Below are positions 52,353 to 62,190 of a DNA stretch of 64,000 nucleotides, piece after piece. How positions within the stretch are numbered: position 1 is the stretch's first letter; each line of letters begins with the position of its first letter. The DNA comes from Minisyncoccota bacterium (lineage in GTDB: Bacteria; Patescibacteriota; Minisyncoccia; Phycocordibacterales; CSBR16-119): the NCBI GenBank assembly GCA_041389065.1, contig JAWKSM010000002.1, positions 1,556-65,555 of the forward strand, given 5' to 3'. Made by a program: the position numbers and the translations under genes. The notes under the pieces were generated by a model, which was not told the origin of the DNA, ran no database searches, and saw only the letters and a list, made by a program, of their open reading frames with translations.

Positions 52353-54059
52353 CTATTTTTTAGATTTTGGTTGAATGATATATTTTTTTATATCGTCAAT
52401 AGTTCCACCAACCTTTTTCCCTGGATTAAATATGTTTTGAGGATCGCATATATCTTTAATCTCTTTGAAAATTGTGTTCATTTTTTCACCAAACATTATT
52501 TTTACAAAAGGTGTTCGCATTATTCCGTCGTTGTGTTCGGCTGTGATTGTTCCGTTGTATTTTTTTACCAATTCATAAACTTCTGGTGAAATTCTGATTA
52601 TCGTTTCTTGAGTTTTCGGATTATCAAAATCCATAAGCGGAATAATGTGCAGATTTCCATTTCCCAAGTGACCAGCAATAGTGTAAAGCAGGTTTTCCCT
52701 ATCAAGTATTTTCATAAGTTCTGGTAAATATTCTGGAAGATGTTCTGGCAAAACCGCAATATCGTCTATAAAAGGAGCGGTTTTTGTCCCCTTTGAATGA
52801 TCCGAAAGCAACTTGAAACTATCTCTTCGAATATCAAAATATTTCTCTCTTTCAATCTCTGTCTTTGTTATTCGGCTTCTCAATTTCAAATGACCGATTT
52901 GTCTTTTTGCACTTTCGGCTTCTTTTTCAATCTCGAATAAATCATTTGAAACAAATTCGGCCAAGACAATAAGTTTTGGCATCCCGCCACGAAGAACCAT
53001 TAAAAATTCTGGAATAAAATTTATTACATAACGGAAAATTCCAGAAACACCTTTATCTTTCAAAAAGCTTCTAAAAAATTTAATCGCAAACTTTATCGTG
53101 TTGTCATCATAAACTTCTAAACTTTCCAAATCAAAAGTCAAAAGCTCTTTTGTAAGCTCAGGAATTTGCTTTAAATCTTTCACAAAAACCACCAGAAGTT
53201 TTGAATGGTTTTCGGTCGAAACAAGTTTATAAGTTATTTCTGTAATAATTCCTGTCGTTCCTTGTGCTCCGACAAAAAGCTTTGTCATATCGAAAACCTT
53301 TCTTTCTTCATCCCAAACATCCCAAATCAAATATCCAGAAGAGTTTTTTGAAGTTTTTGGTTTTCCAGCTTTTATATCATCTTCGCTTCTTTTCAAAACA
53401 TTCCAAGTTCTTCGACAAATCCGCCCAAAAGAATTTTCTTCCAAAGATCTTGCTTCAAGTTCGTCTTTTGTCATTTCTTTCACTTCGTATTCTTCACCGT
53501 CGTCTAAAACAACTTTTAAACTTTTTACAAAGTCTTTATTTTGTCCATATTTTAGACTTTTCTCCCCTGCTCCGTTGTTCGAAACCATCCCACCCACACT
53601 GCACAAATTTTTTGAAGCCGGATAACAAGGCATTATTAAATTTTGCGCCAAAGTTTCTTTTTCAAAATTTCTATAAAAAGTTCCGGGCAAAACTCTAGCT
53701 TCACCAGAAACTGTATAAATTTTGTTTGTTGGAGATTTTTGCCTGTAAGGATTAACTTTTTTAACCTCGATCGCATGATTCATGTATCTTGTCATGTCGA
53801 TGATTATTGAAGTATTCAATGAACCTCCCGACATACAAGTTCCAGCACCACGAGGAGTTATTGAAACATAGAAATACCCTTGTTCTCTTTTTTTGTTTAC
53901 AAATTTTACAAGATTTTTTACATCTTCTGAATCTTTCGGATAAACAACAACTTCTGGCATCACTTCAAAAATACTATAGTCATGACTATATTTTTCCAAA
54001 ATATCTTTCGTGTTTGAGACATCTCCTTTTATTATTTTTTCAATTTCTTCTTTGAACAT
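52353..54059 (-). CDS. FAD-linked oxidase (GlcD / D-lactate dehydrogenase-like)
   Basis: FAD_binding_4-like ..ITPRGAGTCMSGGSL... Start taken at MFKEEIEK, which abuts the upstream stop. Confidence 0.7.
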   Translation of the reverse strand: MFKEEIEKIIKGDVSNTKDILEKYSHDYSIFEVMPEVVVYPKDSEDVKNLVKFVNKKREQGYFYVSITPRGAGTCMSGGSLNTSIIIDMTRYMNHAIEVKKVNPYRQKSPTNKIYTVSGEARVLPGTFYRNFEKETLAQNLIMPCYPASKNLCSVGGMVSNNGAGEKSLKYGQNKDFVKSLKVVLDDGEEYEVKEMTKDELEARSLEENSFGRICRRTWNVLKRSEDDIKAGKPKTSKNSSGYLIWDVWDEERKVFDMTKLFVGAQGTTGIITEITYKLVSTENHSKLLVVFVKDLKQIPELTKELLTFDLESLEVYDDNTIKFAIKFFRSFLKDKGVSGIFRYVINFIPEFLMVLRGGMPKLIVLAEFVSNDLFEIEKEAESAKRQIGHLKLRSRITKTEIEREKYFDIRRDSFKLLSDHSKGTKTAPFIDDIAVLPEHLPEYLPELMKILDRENLLYTIAGHLGNGNLHIIPLMDFDNPKTQETIIRISPEVYELVKKYNGTITAEHNDGIMRTPFVKIMFGEKMNTIFKEIKDICDPQNIFNPGKKVGGTIDDIKKYIIQPKSKK

Positions 54060-54060
54060 A

Positions 54061-54327
54061 TTATTGACCTTGATATTCTTTAACAAATTCAATTAAATCT
54101 TTCCAGTGACTTTCTTTTTTCTCTAAATCGACTTCATTTTCATACAATTTTATCAGGAATTCTTTCTGTTTATTTGCAACAGAATCATTAAAAAGAATAT
54201 TTTTTATGAAGTTAAGATCCATAATTATTGGCCCACCAAAATCTTCGCTCTTGTTTTTTGAATTACTCAAACCTTCACGAGTGTGAATAATTCTCATTTT
54301 TCCTTTTTCAGGTTTTTCTATACTCAT
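54061..54327 (-). CDS. Hypothetical 88 aa protein
   Basis: Start moved to MSIEKPEKGK because the listed upstream codons overlap the terminator hairpin at 54347-54370. Confidence 0.45.
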   Translation of the reverse strand: MSIEKPEKGKMRIIHTREGLSNSKNKSEDFGGPIIMDLNFIKNILFNDSVANKQKEFLIKLYENEVDLEKKESHWKDLIEFVKEYQGQ

Positions 54328-54346
54328 AAGTTCATTATAGCAAAAA

Positions 54347-54370
54347 GCCGTCCACACGCATGTGGACGGC
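54347..54370 (-). terminator. Terminator of cassette K
   Basis: GCCGTCCACA-CGCA-TGTGGACGGC, a 10-bp stem with a T-run on the minus strand. Confidence 0.8.
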
Positions 54371-54389
54371 TCCTCAAGCGCCAGTTTGG

Positions 54390-54620
54390 CTACTTGAAAA
54401 TAGGGTCTGGTATATTCTCACCAACGAAGGCTCCCCCTTCTTGAGACGCCTTGATCTTGCTGAGCTCAAGCTTAAGCTCTGAAAGCCTTGTCCGAAGTCT
54501 ACCCAACCTGACCCCGACCATCGGCTGCAAGTCGATCCACGTTAATACCTGGAATGCGACTTTGTGCTCCGACTTGCGGCACGTATGAAATTCATGTGTA
54601 CTCTCGATCTCGTTGTTCAC
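54390..54620 (-). CDS. Hypothetical 76 aa protein (GC-rich cassette K), GTG start
   Basis: MNNEIESTHEFHTCRKSEHK.. then helical ..RLRTRLSELKLELSKIKASQ... Its GTG start overlaps the TGA stop of a 31-codon upstream ORF (54617-54712) as GTGA. Confidence 0.45.
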   Translation of the reverse strand: MNNEIESTHEFHTCRKSEHKVAFQVLTWIDLQPMVGVRLGRLRTRLSELKLELSKIKASQEGGAFVGENIPDPIFK

Positions 54621-54759
54621 GCCTCTATGTCTGCCTCCACATCTGCGGCGGTTCGCAAAACAGAAGAAGAGGGTAGAACGAGGGCGGGAATTTTCCCACT
54701 AGTCAATGTCATGAGTCTTTGGTTTTGGTTGGTTTTTCGAAAAGAACTTCAGACCGGAA

Positions 54760-54789
54760 ATTATACACCCTCTATTTAATTTTTGTCAA
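54760..54789 (-). promoter_or_regulatory. Promoter of cassette K
   Basis: Minus strand: TTGACA (54784-89), 18 nt, TATAAT (54760-65). Confidence 0.55.
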
Positions 54790-54843
54790 CATCTGTGGAT
54801 TAAACTACAGTTTTTGTGATCTAAAATTGCTAATATAAATATA

Positions 54844-55837
54844 ATGAAACGTAAAATTTTAGCTATTGGCGACATTGTCACCGATGCTTTCATCCAACTT
54901 CAAGACGCAAGAGTTTCTTGTGATATAAACGACGACAACTGCACCATCTCGATGCGGTTTGGAGACAAAATCCCCTACAAAGATGTTGAGGTTGTAAAAG
55001 CTGTCGAAAATAGTCCAAACGCTGTTGTTTCTGCATCAAGACTTGGTCTTGAAAACGGCAATAATAACTCATGTTGGAAATGATGAAAATGGAAAAGAAT
55101 GTATCGAAACTTTAAAAGAAAAAACGGAGTAAAGACAGATTTGGTTCAAACTCAAGATAGTTTCAAACAACCATCACTACGTTCTCAGCTTTAAAGCAGA
55201 AAGAACGATTTAATCAAACACGCAAATTTTAATTATTCAATCGATGTTTTAAACGAAACAGAACCACCAGAATGGATTTATCTTTCTTCTCTGGCTGAAA
55301 ATTCTCTCGAGTATCAACAAGATATCGGAAAATACGTAAAAGAAAACGGAGTTAAGCTCGCATTTCAACCAGGAACTTTTCAAATTTCTCTTGGTGTAGA
55401 AAAATTAAAAGACATTTACGAAGCTCATACGTTTTTTTCTGCAACAAAGAAGTTGAAGCGCGTACTCTTAAATATTCAGGAAAGAGATATAAAAAATCTT
55501 TTGCTTGAAATTAAAAAAACTTGGTCCAAAAATTGTTGTTATTACAGACGGACCAGAAGGTGCATATACTTTTGACGGACAAGAAATGCTTATATTCCAA
55601 TGGGATCAGATCCGCGCCTCCAGTAGAAAGAACTGGTGCTGGCGACTCTTTTTCAAGTACTTTTACCAGCTCTGGCTCTCGGGTTGCCTGTTGAGCAAGC
55701 CTTTGATGTGGGGATTCAATAAACTTATGAACGTGGTACAATATGTAGGAGCACAAAAAGGTCTTTTGACAAGAAAGAAACTTGAGGAATGGCTTGCAAA
55801 AGCACCAACATATTACAAACCTAAGAGAATAAATTAG
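54844..55837 (+). pseudogene. PfkB-family sugar/nucleoside kinase, many frameshifts
   Basis: MKRKILAIGDIVTDAFIQL.. at the N-terminus. Later fragments in other frames include ..VITDGPEGAYTFDGQE.. and ..ERTGAGDSFSSTFTS.. (PfkB signature 2 region). Confidence 0.7.
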
Positions 55838-55838
55838 T

Positions 55839-56816
55839 ATGGAATTTTTTAAAAACCAGAACCAGAAATTAAGTTTAGAGAAAAGATAAAAAATTGACAA
55901 TAAGCATATAAATTTTTCGCTAGCAGAAAAGAAACCTCCTAGAAGATTATACGACCAGTTGAATTTTAATGCTGGTATTGAAAATGACTCTGAAAATAGA
56001 ACTTTGAGCGATGTAATGAAAAAGAAGAGGGTTCAGAAATTATTGCGCAAAGAATTGGAAGATATAAAAGAAGCCTTTAGATCACTACGAATCATTGCCA
56101 AAAAAGCGAAAAGACAGATGCTAAAATAAAAGAATTAAAAGGTATGCTGAAAATGGATACACTCTGATCTCAGTATCAATAGATCCAAATCAAACTAAAT
56201 TTAATAAATCTATGGAACTATTTGAAAAGATTTTTAATAAAAATGAAAAGGGCTTTAAGCCAAATGACCTCAAAACTGAAGAAATTTTTAGAAAAACAAG
56301 AAGATTTAGGAATAATTGGAGATATTAATTCCAATGATTTTAAGTCACTGACCTAAACCAAGAAATTAAACAAGAGAAATTATCGGCAAGGATGGAAGAA
56401 GTCAAAGATGGGTCTTGGGAAGAAGAAAAGAGATGATGAATTAATTGAAAGAATTAATAACCTCAGAATAGAATACGGAAAATTAAAAGAAGAAATCAAA
56501 GAAAGACAACAATTTTAAATGAATTAAGATAGATAGTAAAAGTGGTGCAGAAAGATCAGTAAAAAATTTAAATATGAAAGGTATTGTCTCAAAAGAAAGA
56601 GAGATATTGATTACAATGGAAATGATGAGAGGTGCTGAAGACAGAGTTGAAAGATTAAGAAGAATCTCGAAAAAGGTGAAACAGTTAAGCAAAATTATAT
56701 CAAGAACTTGGAGAAATAGAAGAAACTTTAGATCTTCTAACGGGATTGATGAAAGAAAGAAATTCCAGATGAAAGAAACGATAGAAAATCAAGGATACGA
56801 TTTTAATCTAAACTAA
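55839..56816 (+). pseudogene. Lys/Glu-rich (coiled-coil-like) hypothetical gene shattered by many frameshifts/stops
   Basis: Purine-rich plus strand. Coding-like fragments appear in all three frames (MEFFKNQNQKLSLEK.., ..LLRKELEDIKEAFRSLRIIAKKAKR.., and the terminal 80 aa ORF). No frame stays open for more than 80 codons. Confidence 0.4.
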
Positions 56817-56835
56817 AACTGCAAATGTAATAGTT

Positions 56836-57852
56836 TTACTTTTTTATTTTTCTACTTACTTCCCTGTTTTCTTTTAAAACTTTTTTGATAGCTAATTTTA
56901 TGTGAGCAACATCAAGTCCGTATTCAGCAAAAAGCTCTTGTGTTTCCTGATTGTCCAAATCTGTCGTGAACTCCGATAAATTCATGTGGCACCGGAAAAA
57001 ATTTCGCCATCTCTTCTTGAAAGATGACGCTTCCCATTCCACAGAAGTTTGATGCTCTTCGGCTGTGACTATTGCGCCCACATCTTTTAGGAACGGTAAA
57101 ATACTTTTATCAAATGGCTTTATTGTTGCAAGATTTATCACCGCAGTTCCCAGACCTTCTTTTTCTAAATCATGAGCAGCAAGAAGTGCGTTGTGAACAA
57201 GAGCTCCGCACGCCACAATAGCGACCTGTGGATTTTTTGATTTATACAAAATTTGTGCTTTTCCAATTTCAAATGGAGATTCTTTTGTGGTAAACACAGG
57301 AGATTTGTCTCGCCCAAGACGAATATATGCAGGCTTGCCACTTTTTGCCAAAAGAAGTGTCGCTTTTCGCGCTTCTTCACTGTCAGCCGGCACGACGACA
57401 GTCATGTTCGGTAGCATCCGCATAAGTCCAATATCCTCGAGCGCTTGGTGTGTCGCGCCATCTGGTCCCACAGAAAGCCCGGCATGACAACCGACAATTT
57501 TTACTGGAACATTGTTCAGAGCGATTGTGGTGCGAACTTGCTCGTTGCTTCTTCCGGGAGAAAATGTTGCATAAGACATTATGAACGGGATTTTGCCGTA
57601 GTTTGCCATTCCTGAGGCCACCGTCGCCAAATTTTGCTCTGCAACACCCAGCTCCACGTACCGCTCTGGGAATTTTTCACGAAACCAATGCGCACGAGTA
57701 GATTCTGCCAAGTCTGCACAAAGAGCCACAATTTTTGGATCTGCTTCTCCAGCTTCTACCAAACCACGTCCAAAACCATCTCGAGTTGGAATTTGTTCCA
57801 ACTTCTCGATATCAAATGTATGATTATTTAGTTTTGAATTTTCGTTTAGCAT
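56836..57852 (-). CDS. Transketolase, C-terminal (pyrimidine-binding plus C-domain) subunit; contains a hidden out-of-frame stretch
   Basis: ..GRGLVEAGEADPKIVALCADL..FPERYVELGVAEQN... Codons for about residues 255-300 read nonsense (TSVEWEASSFKKRWRNFFRCHMNLSEF), whereas another frame reads the expected FCGMGSVIFQEEMAKFFPVPHEFIGVHDRFGQSG. Confidence 0.85.
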   Translation of the reverse strand: MLNENSKLNNHTFDIEKLEQIPTRDGFGRGLVEAGEADPKIVALCADLAESTRAHWFREKFPERYVELGVAEQNLATVASGMANYGKIPFIMSYATFSPGRSNEQVRTTIALNNVPVKIVGCHAGLSVGPDGATHQALEDIGLMRMLPNMTVVVPADSEEARKATLLLAKSGKPAYIRLGRDKSPVFTTKESPFEIGKAQILYKSKNPQVAIVACGALVHNALLAAHDLEKEGLGTAVINLATIKPFDKSILPFLKDVGAIVTAEEHQTSVEWEASSFKKRWRNFFRCHMNLSEFTTDLDNQETQELFAEYGLDVAHIKLAIKKVLKENREVSRKIKK

Positions 57853-57856
57853 TTTA

Positions 57857-58224
57857 TTATTTTAGTTCTTCTAGATTCCTTTTATCACCCTCAGATAATT
57901 TATTTCCATAAATTTCTGGAGCAATTATTATATTACCTAAAATTCCTTTTTCTCTTGATCATCAAACTGATTAAGTACATTATTCGAGTTCTATATAAGG
58001 TTTATAATAGAAACCATTACCTTTTCTAACAAAAAGAATCTTATAACCTTCGAGTAATCCTTTATTTTGCTCAGCCACATTTGCATGAGCATTTTCATGT
58101 TCCAATATGTCAAATTCATCTTTTTTATATTCCTAATTTACTAAGAAGTAATTTATAACTAATTAAAATCATCAACGTGCACACTTGCCCTATCTATTGT
58201 GTCTTTGTTGATATATTTTTCCAT
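57857..58224 (-). pseudogene. Small HExxH-containing gene remnant, frameshifted
   Basis: MEKYINKDTIDRASVHVDDFN*, then other frames give ..KDEFDILEHENAHANVAEQNKGLLEGYKILFV.. and ..IIAPEIYGNKLSEGDKRNLEELK*. Confidence 0.3.
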
Positions 58225-58244
58225 ATTATCTATTTTATAAAGAT

Positions 58245-58493
58245 TTATAACAAAGGTAAAATATTAACTACAATAACTGGTAACAATTTAATCGCTATCA
58301 TTTTTATATCCAGCTTTCTACTGTTGGGATTCTTATTTTTTACTTCAGTATAAAGATCCCACATAAAAGGCACAGGAACCGAAAAATACATTGTTAACCT
58401 TGTATCTAAATCCAGCAACTGATAATAGCCTAATATAGCAGCACACATCAGACCCAAGCCAAATATCCCTATTATATTTGCATGTTTTCTCAT
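58245..58493 (-). CDS. Hypothetical small three-TM protein
   Basis: 82 aa and hydrophobic. Confidence 0.45.
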   Translation of the reverse strand: MRKHANIIGIFGLGLMCAAILGYYQLLDLDTRLTMYFSVPVPFMWDLYTEVKNKNPNSRKLDIKMIAIKLLPVIVVNILPLL

Positions 58494-58706
58494 AACTATC
58501 TAATATTCAAAGAAGCGTTCTTTGTTCTATTATCTGCAAAAACCAATCTCTTTCCCAATTTGTTTGGCGAACGACTAGAAAAATCAAAACGACAACCTGA
58601 TTAAAATTAAAGCTAGAAAAAGTTTGTTAAATTTCTTGATTTCATAATATAAAAATTATTTATAATTTACTCACTATGCCCTCCTTCAATCTGTCCTCTC
58701 ATCGTC

Positions 58707-59531
58707 CTAAGTTCTTTTTAAAAATTTTTGTTCTTCTTCTTTGTTTGGTGGTTTTCTCATGCCATTCATAATCAAATTCAATTTCTTTAATTCCCTTTCC
58801 TGGGATCGTGTGCGCGATAATAATTGTCGGTTTTTCAAAATAGAATGCGCTTCAGAAACCGCATCGACAATAGCTTCCATGTTGTGTCCGTCAATCTCAA
58901 GCACATGCCACCCAAAAGCTCGCCATTTGTCCGCCAAAGGTTCGAGTGGCATTACATTTTCTGTCATGCCGTTTATCTGAATATTATTTCTGTCGATCAC
59001 TCCGATAAGATTTGAAAGTTTGTTCGCGCCGGCAAACATCGCACCTTCCCAAATATTTCCAGCTTGCATTTCACCGTCGGACATAAAGCAATATACTTTA
59101 AACTTCTTACCGTCCATACGCGCAGCATAAGCCATCCCGGCAGCTTGTGAGAGCCCTGAACCCAGTGGTCCAGATGTCGTTTCCAGTCCTGAAAGCTCTT
59201 CTCGTTCTGGGTGCCCTTGGAGACGTGATCCAAACTTCCGGAGGGTTGTGAGCTCTTTTAGAGGGAAATACCCCGCATGGGCCATTGTGGCGTATCTGAC
59301 GGGCACGATATGCCCATTTGAAAGGATTAATCTGTCTCTATCTGACCATTCTGGATGCTTTGGATCATGGTTTAAAATATGAAAATAGAAAGCTGTGAAG
59401 ATATCTGTCATCCCTAAAGGCCCGGCTGTATGCCCAGAGCCGGCGTCTTCGAGCATATCAACAATACTTTGGCGAATATCATTCGCCTTTAGCATTAGCT
59501 CTTTTTCTTTTTGTGGAGTTAGGTTAAACAT
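58707..59531 (-). CDS. Transketolase, N-terminal (TPP-binding) subunit; the C-terminal ~40 codons are frameshifted
   Basis: ..DAGSGHTAGPLGMTDI..LILSNGH..GSLGQ-like GPLGSGLSQA..SDGEMQAGNIWE... After ..EAHSILK an A-run shift restores KPTIIIAHTIPGKGIKEIEFDYEWHEK in another frame. Confidence 0.85.
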   Translation of the reverse strand: MFNLTPQKEKELMLKANDIRQSIVDMLEDAGSGHTAGPLGMTDIFTAFYFHILNHDPKHPEWSDRDRLILSNGHIVPVRYATMAHAGYFPLKELTTLRKFGSRLQGHPEREELSGLETTSGPLGSGLSQAAGMAYAARMDGKKFKVYCFMSDGEMQAGNIWEGAMFAGANKLSNLIGVIDRNNIQINGMTENVMPLEPLADKWRAFGWHVLEIDGHNMEAIVDAVSEAHSILKNRQLLSRTRSQERELKKLNLIMNGMRKPPNKEEEQKFLKRT

Positions 59532-59542
59532 ATTTAAAAAAA

Positions 59543-59881
59543 CTAAGAACAATTTCCTATTACACAATTAAGCAGAAGCATTGGAATGCTAGTCATTGCA
59601 AACCCTAATATAATTGCAATTATTACATCTTTTAAAAGATTATCTTTATTTTTTAGATTACCCTCTATTGATGAATTTGATTTACCGAACCCAGAAAATA
59701 AACCAATTGTTTGAACAACTAGAACAATCCCTGACAAAAGCATCGACCCAATAATAAAATTTTTAATATTATCCTGTTTTGTAAGTGGTTCTACTGAAAA
59801 ATCTGGCTGTGTTTCAAGGTTAATTAGATAAACTATAAAAAATATAACTGCTATTATAACCTTAATTATTTTATTTCTCAT
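59543..59881 (-). CDS. Hypothetical three-TM membrane protein
   Basis: 112 aa, between rpe and the transketolase N-subunit gene. Confidence 0.5.
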   Translation of the reverse strand: MRNKIIKVIIAVIFFIVYLINLETQPDFSVEPLTKQDNIKNFIIGSMLLSGIVLVVQTIGLFSGFGKSNSSIEGNLKNKDNLLKDVIIAIILGFAMTSIPMLLLNCVIGNCS

Positions 59882-60552
59882 ATATTTCTTAAAACATTTA
59901 TTACCTCATCTTTATCTTCCGCATTAAAAATAGTCGAACCCGAAACAAGTCTATCTACTCCGGCATCTTTTAACCTTTTTGCATTTTCGAGATTAACTCC
60001 TCCGTCTATACTGATTATAACACTCGGATACTTCGTGCGGAGATTTTCTATCTGTGTAAAAACTCTTTCGTCAAAAGCTTCGCCTTGTTTACCAATCTCT
60101 TCAATCCCCATTATCTGAACAAAGTTGAAATTTTTTATAAGAAGATCTGCGTAGTCTAAATTTTCTGTCGCACTTATCGCAACTCCGTACTCAACTTCAT
60201 TTTCAAAATTGTTTAAAATATTTAAAAATTCTTCATGATTTTCTATTGAACGTGCGTGGAAAATAATCCGACTTGGTCGCATTGCAAAATATTTTTTCAA
60301 ATCTCGTTCTGGCGACATTGCCATGAGGTCGAGCTCGTAAGAAACAGAGTCCGCAAAGGGCAAAACTTTTCCGTTCATAATCCCATCCATATCTTCCACA
60401 TTTTTTAGAAAAAATGGCCAAGTCTTCCCTTCCACGTATTCCCCATCCATCAAGTCGAGCTGGATTGTTTTTACAAAATGAAAAACCGCCCCGGCTTTCG
60501 CCTCCAAATCTTCTAAATTTTTTGGCATTATCGCCGGAATTATTTCTGTCAT
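59878..60552 (-). CDS. rpe: Ribulose-phosphate 3-epimerase-like TIM barrel
   Basis: IIPAIMPKN..LDLMDGEYV.. and C-terminal ISIDGGVNLENAKRLKDAGVDRLVSGSTIF match the Rpe pattern. Sits among pentose-phosphate genes. Confidence 0.65.
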   Translation of the reverse strand: MTEIIPAIMPKNLEDLEAKAGAVFHFVKTIQLDLMDGEYVEGKTWPFFLKNVEDMDGIMNGKVLPFADSVSYELDLMAMSPERDLKKYFAMRPSRIIFHARSIENHEEFLNILNNFENEVEYGVAISATENLDYADLLIKNFNFVQIMGIEEIGKQGEAFDERVFTQIENLRTKYPSVIISIDGGVNLENAKRLKDAGVDRLVSGSTIFNAEDKDEVINVLRNI

Positions 60553-60561
60553 GAAAATATT

Positions 60562-61562
60562 TTAAAGTAGCCCCTGATCAGCCTTAGAATTAGACTTCAA
60601 TCTTTCAATAAAAGCTTCTCGAGCTAAATCAATATTTGAAATTTTTCCTGCCCAAGTCGCAAGAGCATCATTTTGAATAGCTCGTGAAAAGAGAAAGCCA
60701 GTGGCCAAGGAAGTGGTTCGTGTTTTGCTATTTCATTGAAATTTGCAGTTGCTTCATCGCTTGTTTGTCCACCAGACAAAAATACAACACCGCCAACATT
60801 TTCAGGAACGCATTCTTTCAAAACTTCCACTGTCGCTTCTGCTACAGTTTTTGCATCAGCTCTATTTTCTGCATCTTTTCCAGAGAGAACCATACTTGTT
60901 TTAAGTATTAAACCGTCAAGATGAACATGGTGTTTTGCCAAAGCTTCAAAAAGACCTTTAGAACTTTTTTCGTCACTTCTTTTGCTTTTTCTATACTGTG
61001 ATTTCCATCGAGTAAAACTTCTGGTTCAACCATCGGCACAATATCGTGTTCTTGACAGATCACCGCATAGCGAGCCAAAATTTCTGAATTTTCTCGGATT
61101 GCGTCTTCTGTTGGGGTTCGCTCTGTTATAGAATACGCTGCTCGCCATTTTGCAAAAGTCGCACCGAGTGATTTGTATTCCTGCATCCGAGCCGGAAGAC
61201 CGTTTAAACCGTGAGTTAGATTCTCTCCTGGATGGTCGATGAATTCTTGTAAACCTTCGTCGACTTTTATACCAATCAAAACATTTTTTTCTTTTAAACA
61301 ATCTGTGAATTTTACCAGAATCGTCTGATTGGCGGATTGTTTCATCGTAAAGAATCACGCCGCTCACATAGTTTTCCATTTCTGGTGCACATAAAAGAAG
61401 CTCTCTCCATCGTCTTCTTTCTTCTTCTGTTTCAGGAATTCCTAAAGATTGAAATCTTTTATTGCAAGTTGCATTACTTTCATCTGCAGCCAAAATTCCC
61501 TTCTTGTCTTGCATCATTTTTGAAACTGTATCTTTTAGTTTTTCTATTTCGATGTGATCCAT
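60562..61562 (-). pseudogene. fba: Class I fructose-bisphosphate aldolase, at least 3 frameshifts
   Basis: KGILAADESNATCNKRFQSLGIPETEEERRRWRELL..SGVILYDETIRQ, then ..LIGIKVDEGL..AKWRAAY..CQEHDIVPMVEPEVL.., then ..GVVFLSGGQ... The C-terminus ..AIQNDALATWAGKISNIDLAREAFIERL.. lies in further frames. Confidence 0.8.
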
Positions 61563-61572
61563 ATTAAAAAAA

Positions 61573-62187
61573 TTATTTTGTATAACGCTTGTTTCTTAAA
61601 ATCTTTTGTATTTCTTCCTTAGAGATTATTTTATACAATTCGAGCGGGGTTTTCCCTTCACTATCTTTACACTGACCAAGAAAGACATCAACTTTATTTG
61701 AAAAACCTTCGTTAAGCTTTTCCTTTTTATATAAAAGCTTATTGTCATAAAGAGTCCCTGCATAGTGAACCTTATATGAAAGAAAATTTTTATTTTCTAG
61801 TAAGTAAAGTGATTTTGTATTAGGTAAGGATATTTTTTCATCTTGTGTTCCAAGACTCAAAAACTCACCTGATCCGCACACAAAATCTTTTTCTAATTCA
61901 CTAAAACGTTTTTTGTAGTATAACGCATTAGAAAAGAAGAGGGTGTAAAGAATAATAAAGAAAGGAATAGCAGCAATTATTGCCAATACAAGTGAAGTGT
62001 ATTTTCTCGAAAGAATAATCAAACCAATTATCAAAAGAGGATACGTTATTGAAATGATAAATATAGTCCATCCTAAAAAACCATTATTAGGGGAGTCTAG
62101 AGACATAATTCCCGCTCCTAAAATTGCAGGATAAACAAAAATTGGTATAACAGATAGACTATTTAATATTGTTATTAATATTTTCAT
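61573..62187 (-). CDS. Hypothetical four-TM protein with a soluble C-terminal domain
   Basis: 204 aa, between fba and rpiB. Confidence 0.5.
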   Translation of the reverse strand: MKILITILNSLSVIPIFVYPAILGAGIMSLDSPNNGFLGWTIFIISITYPLLIIGLIILSRKYTSLVLAIIAAIPFFIILYTLFFSNALYYKKRFSELEKDFVCGSGEFLSLGTQDEKISLPNTKSLYLLENKNFLSYKVHYAGTLYDNKLLYKKEKLNEGFSNKVDVFLGQCKDSEGKTPLELYKIISKEEIQKILRNKRYTK

Positions 62188-62190
62188 ATG

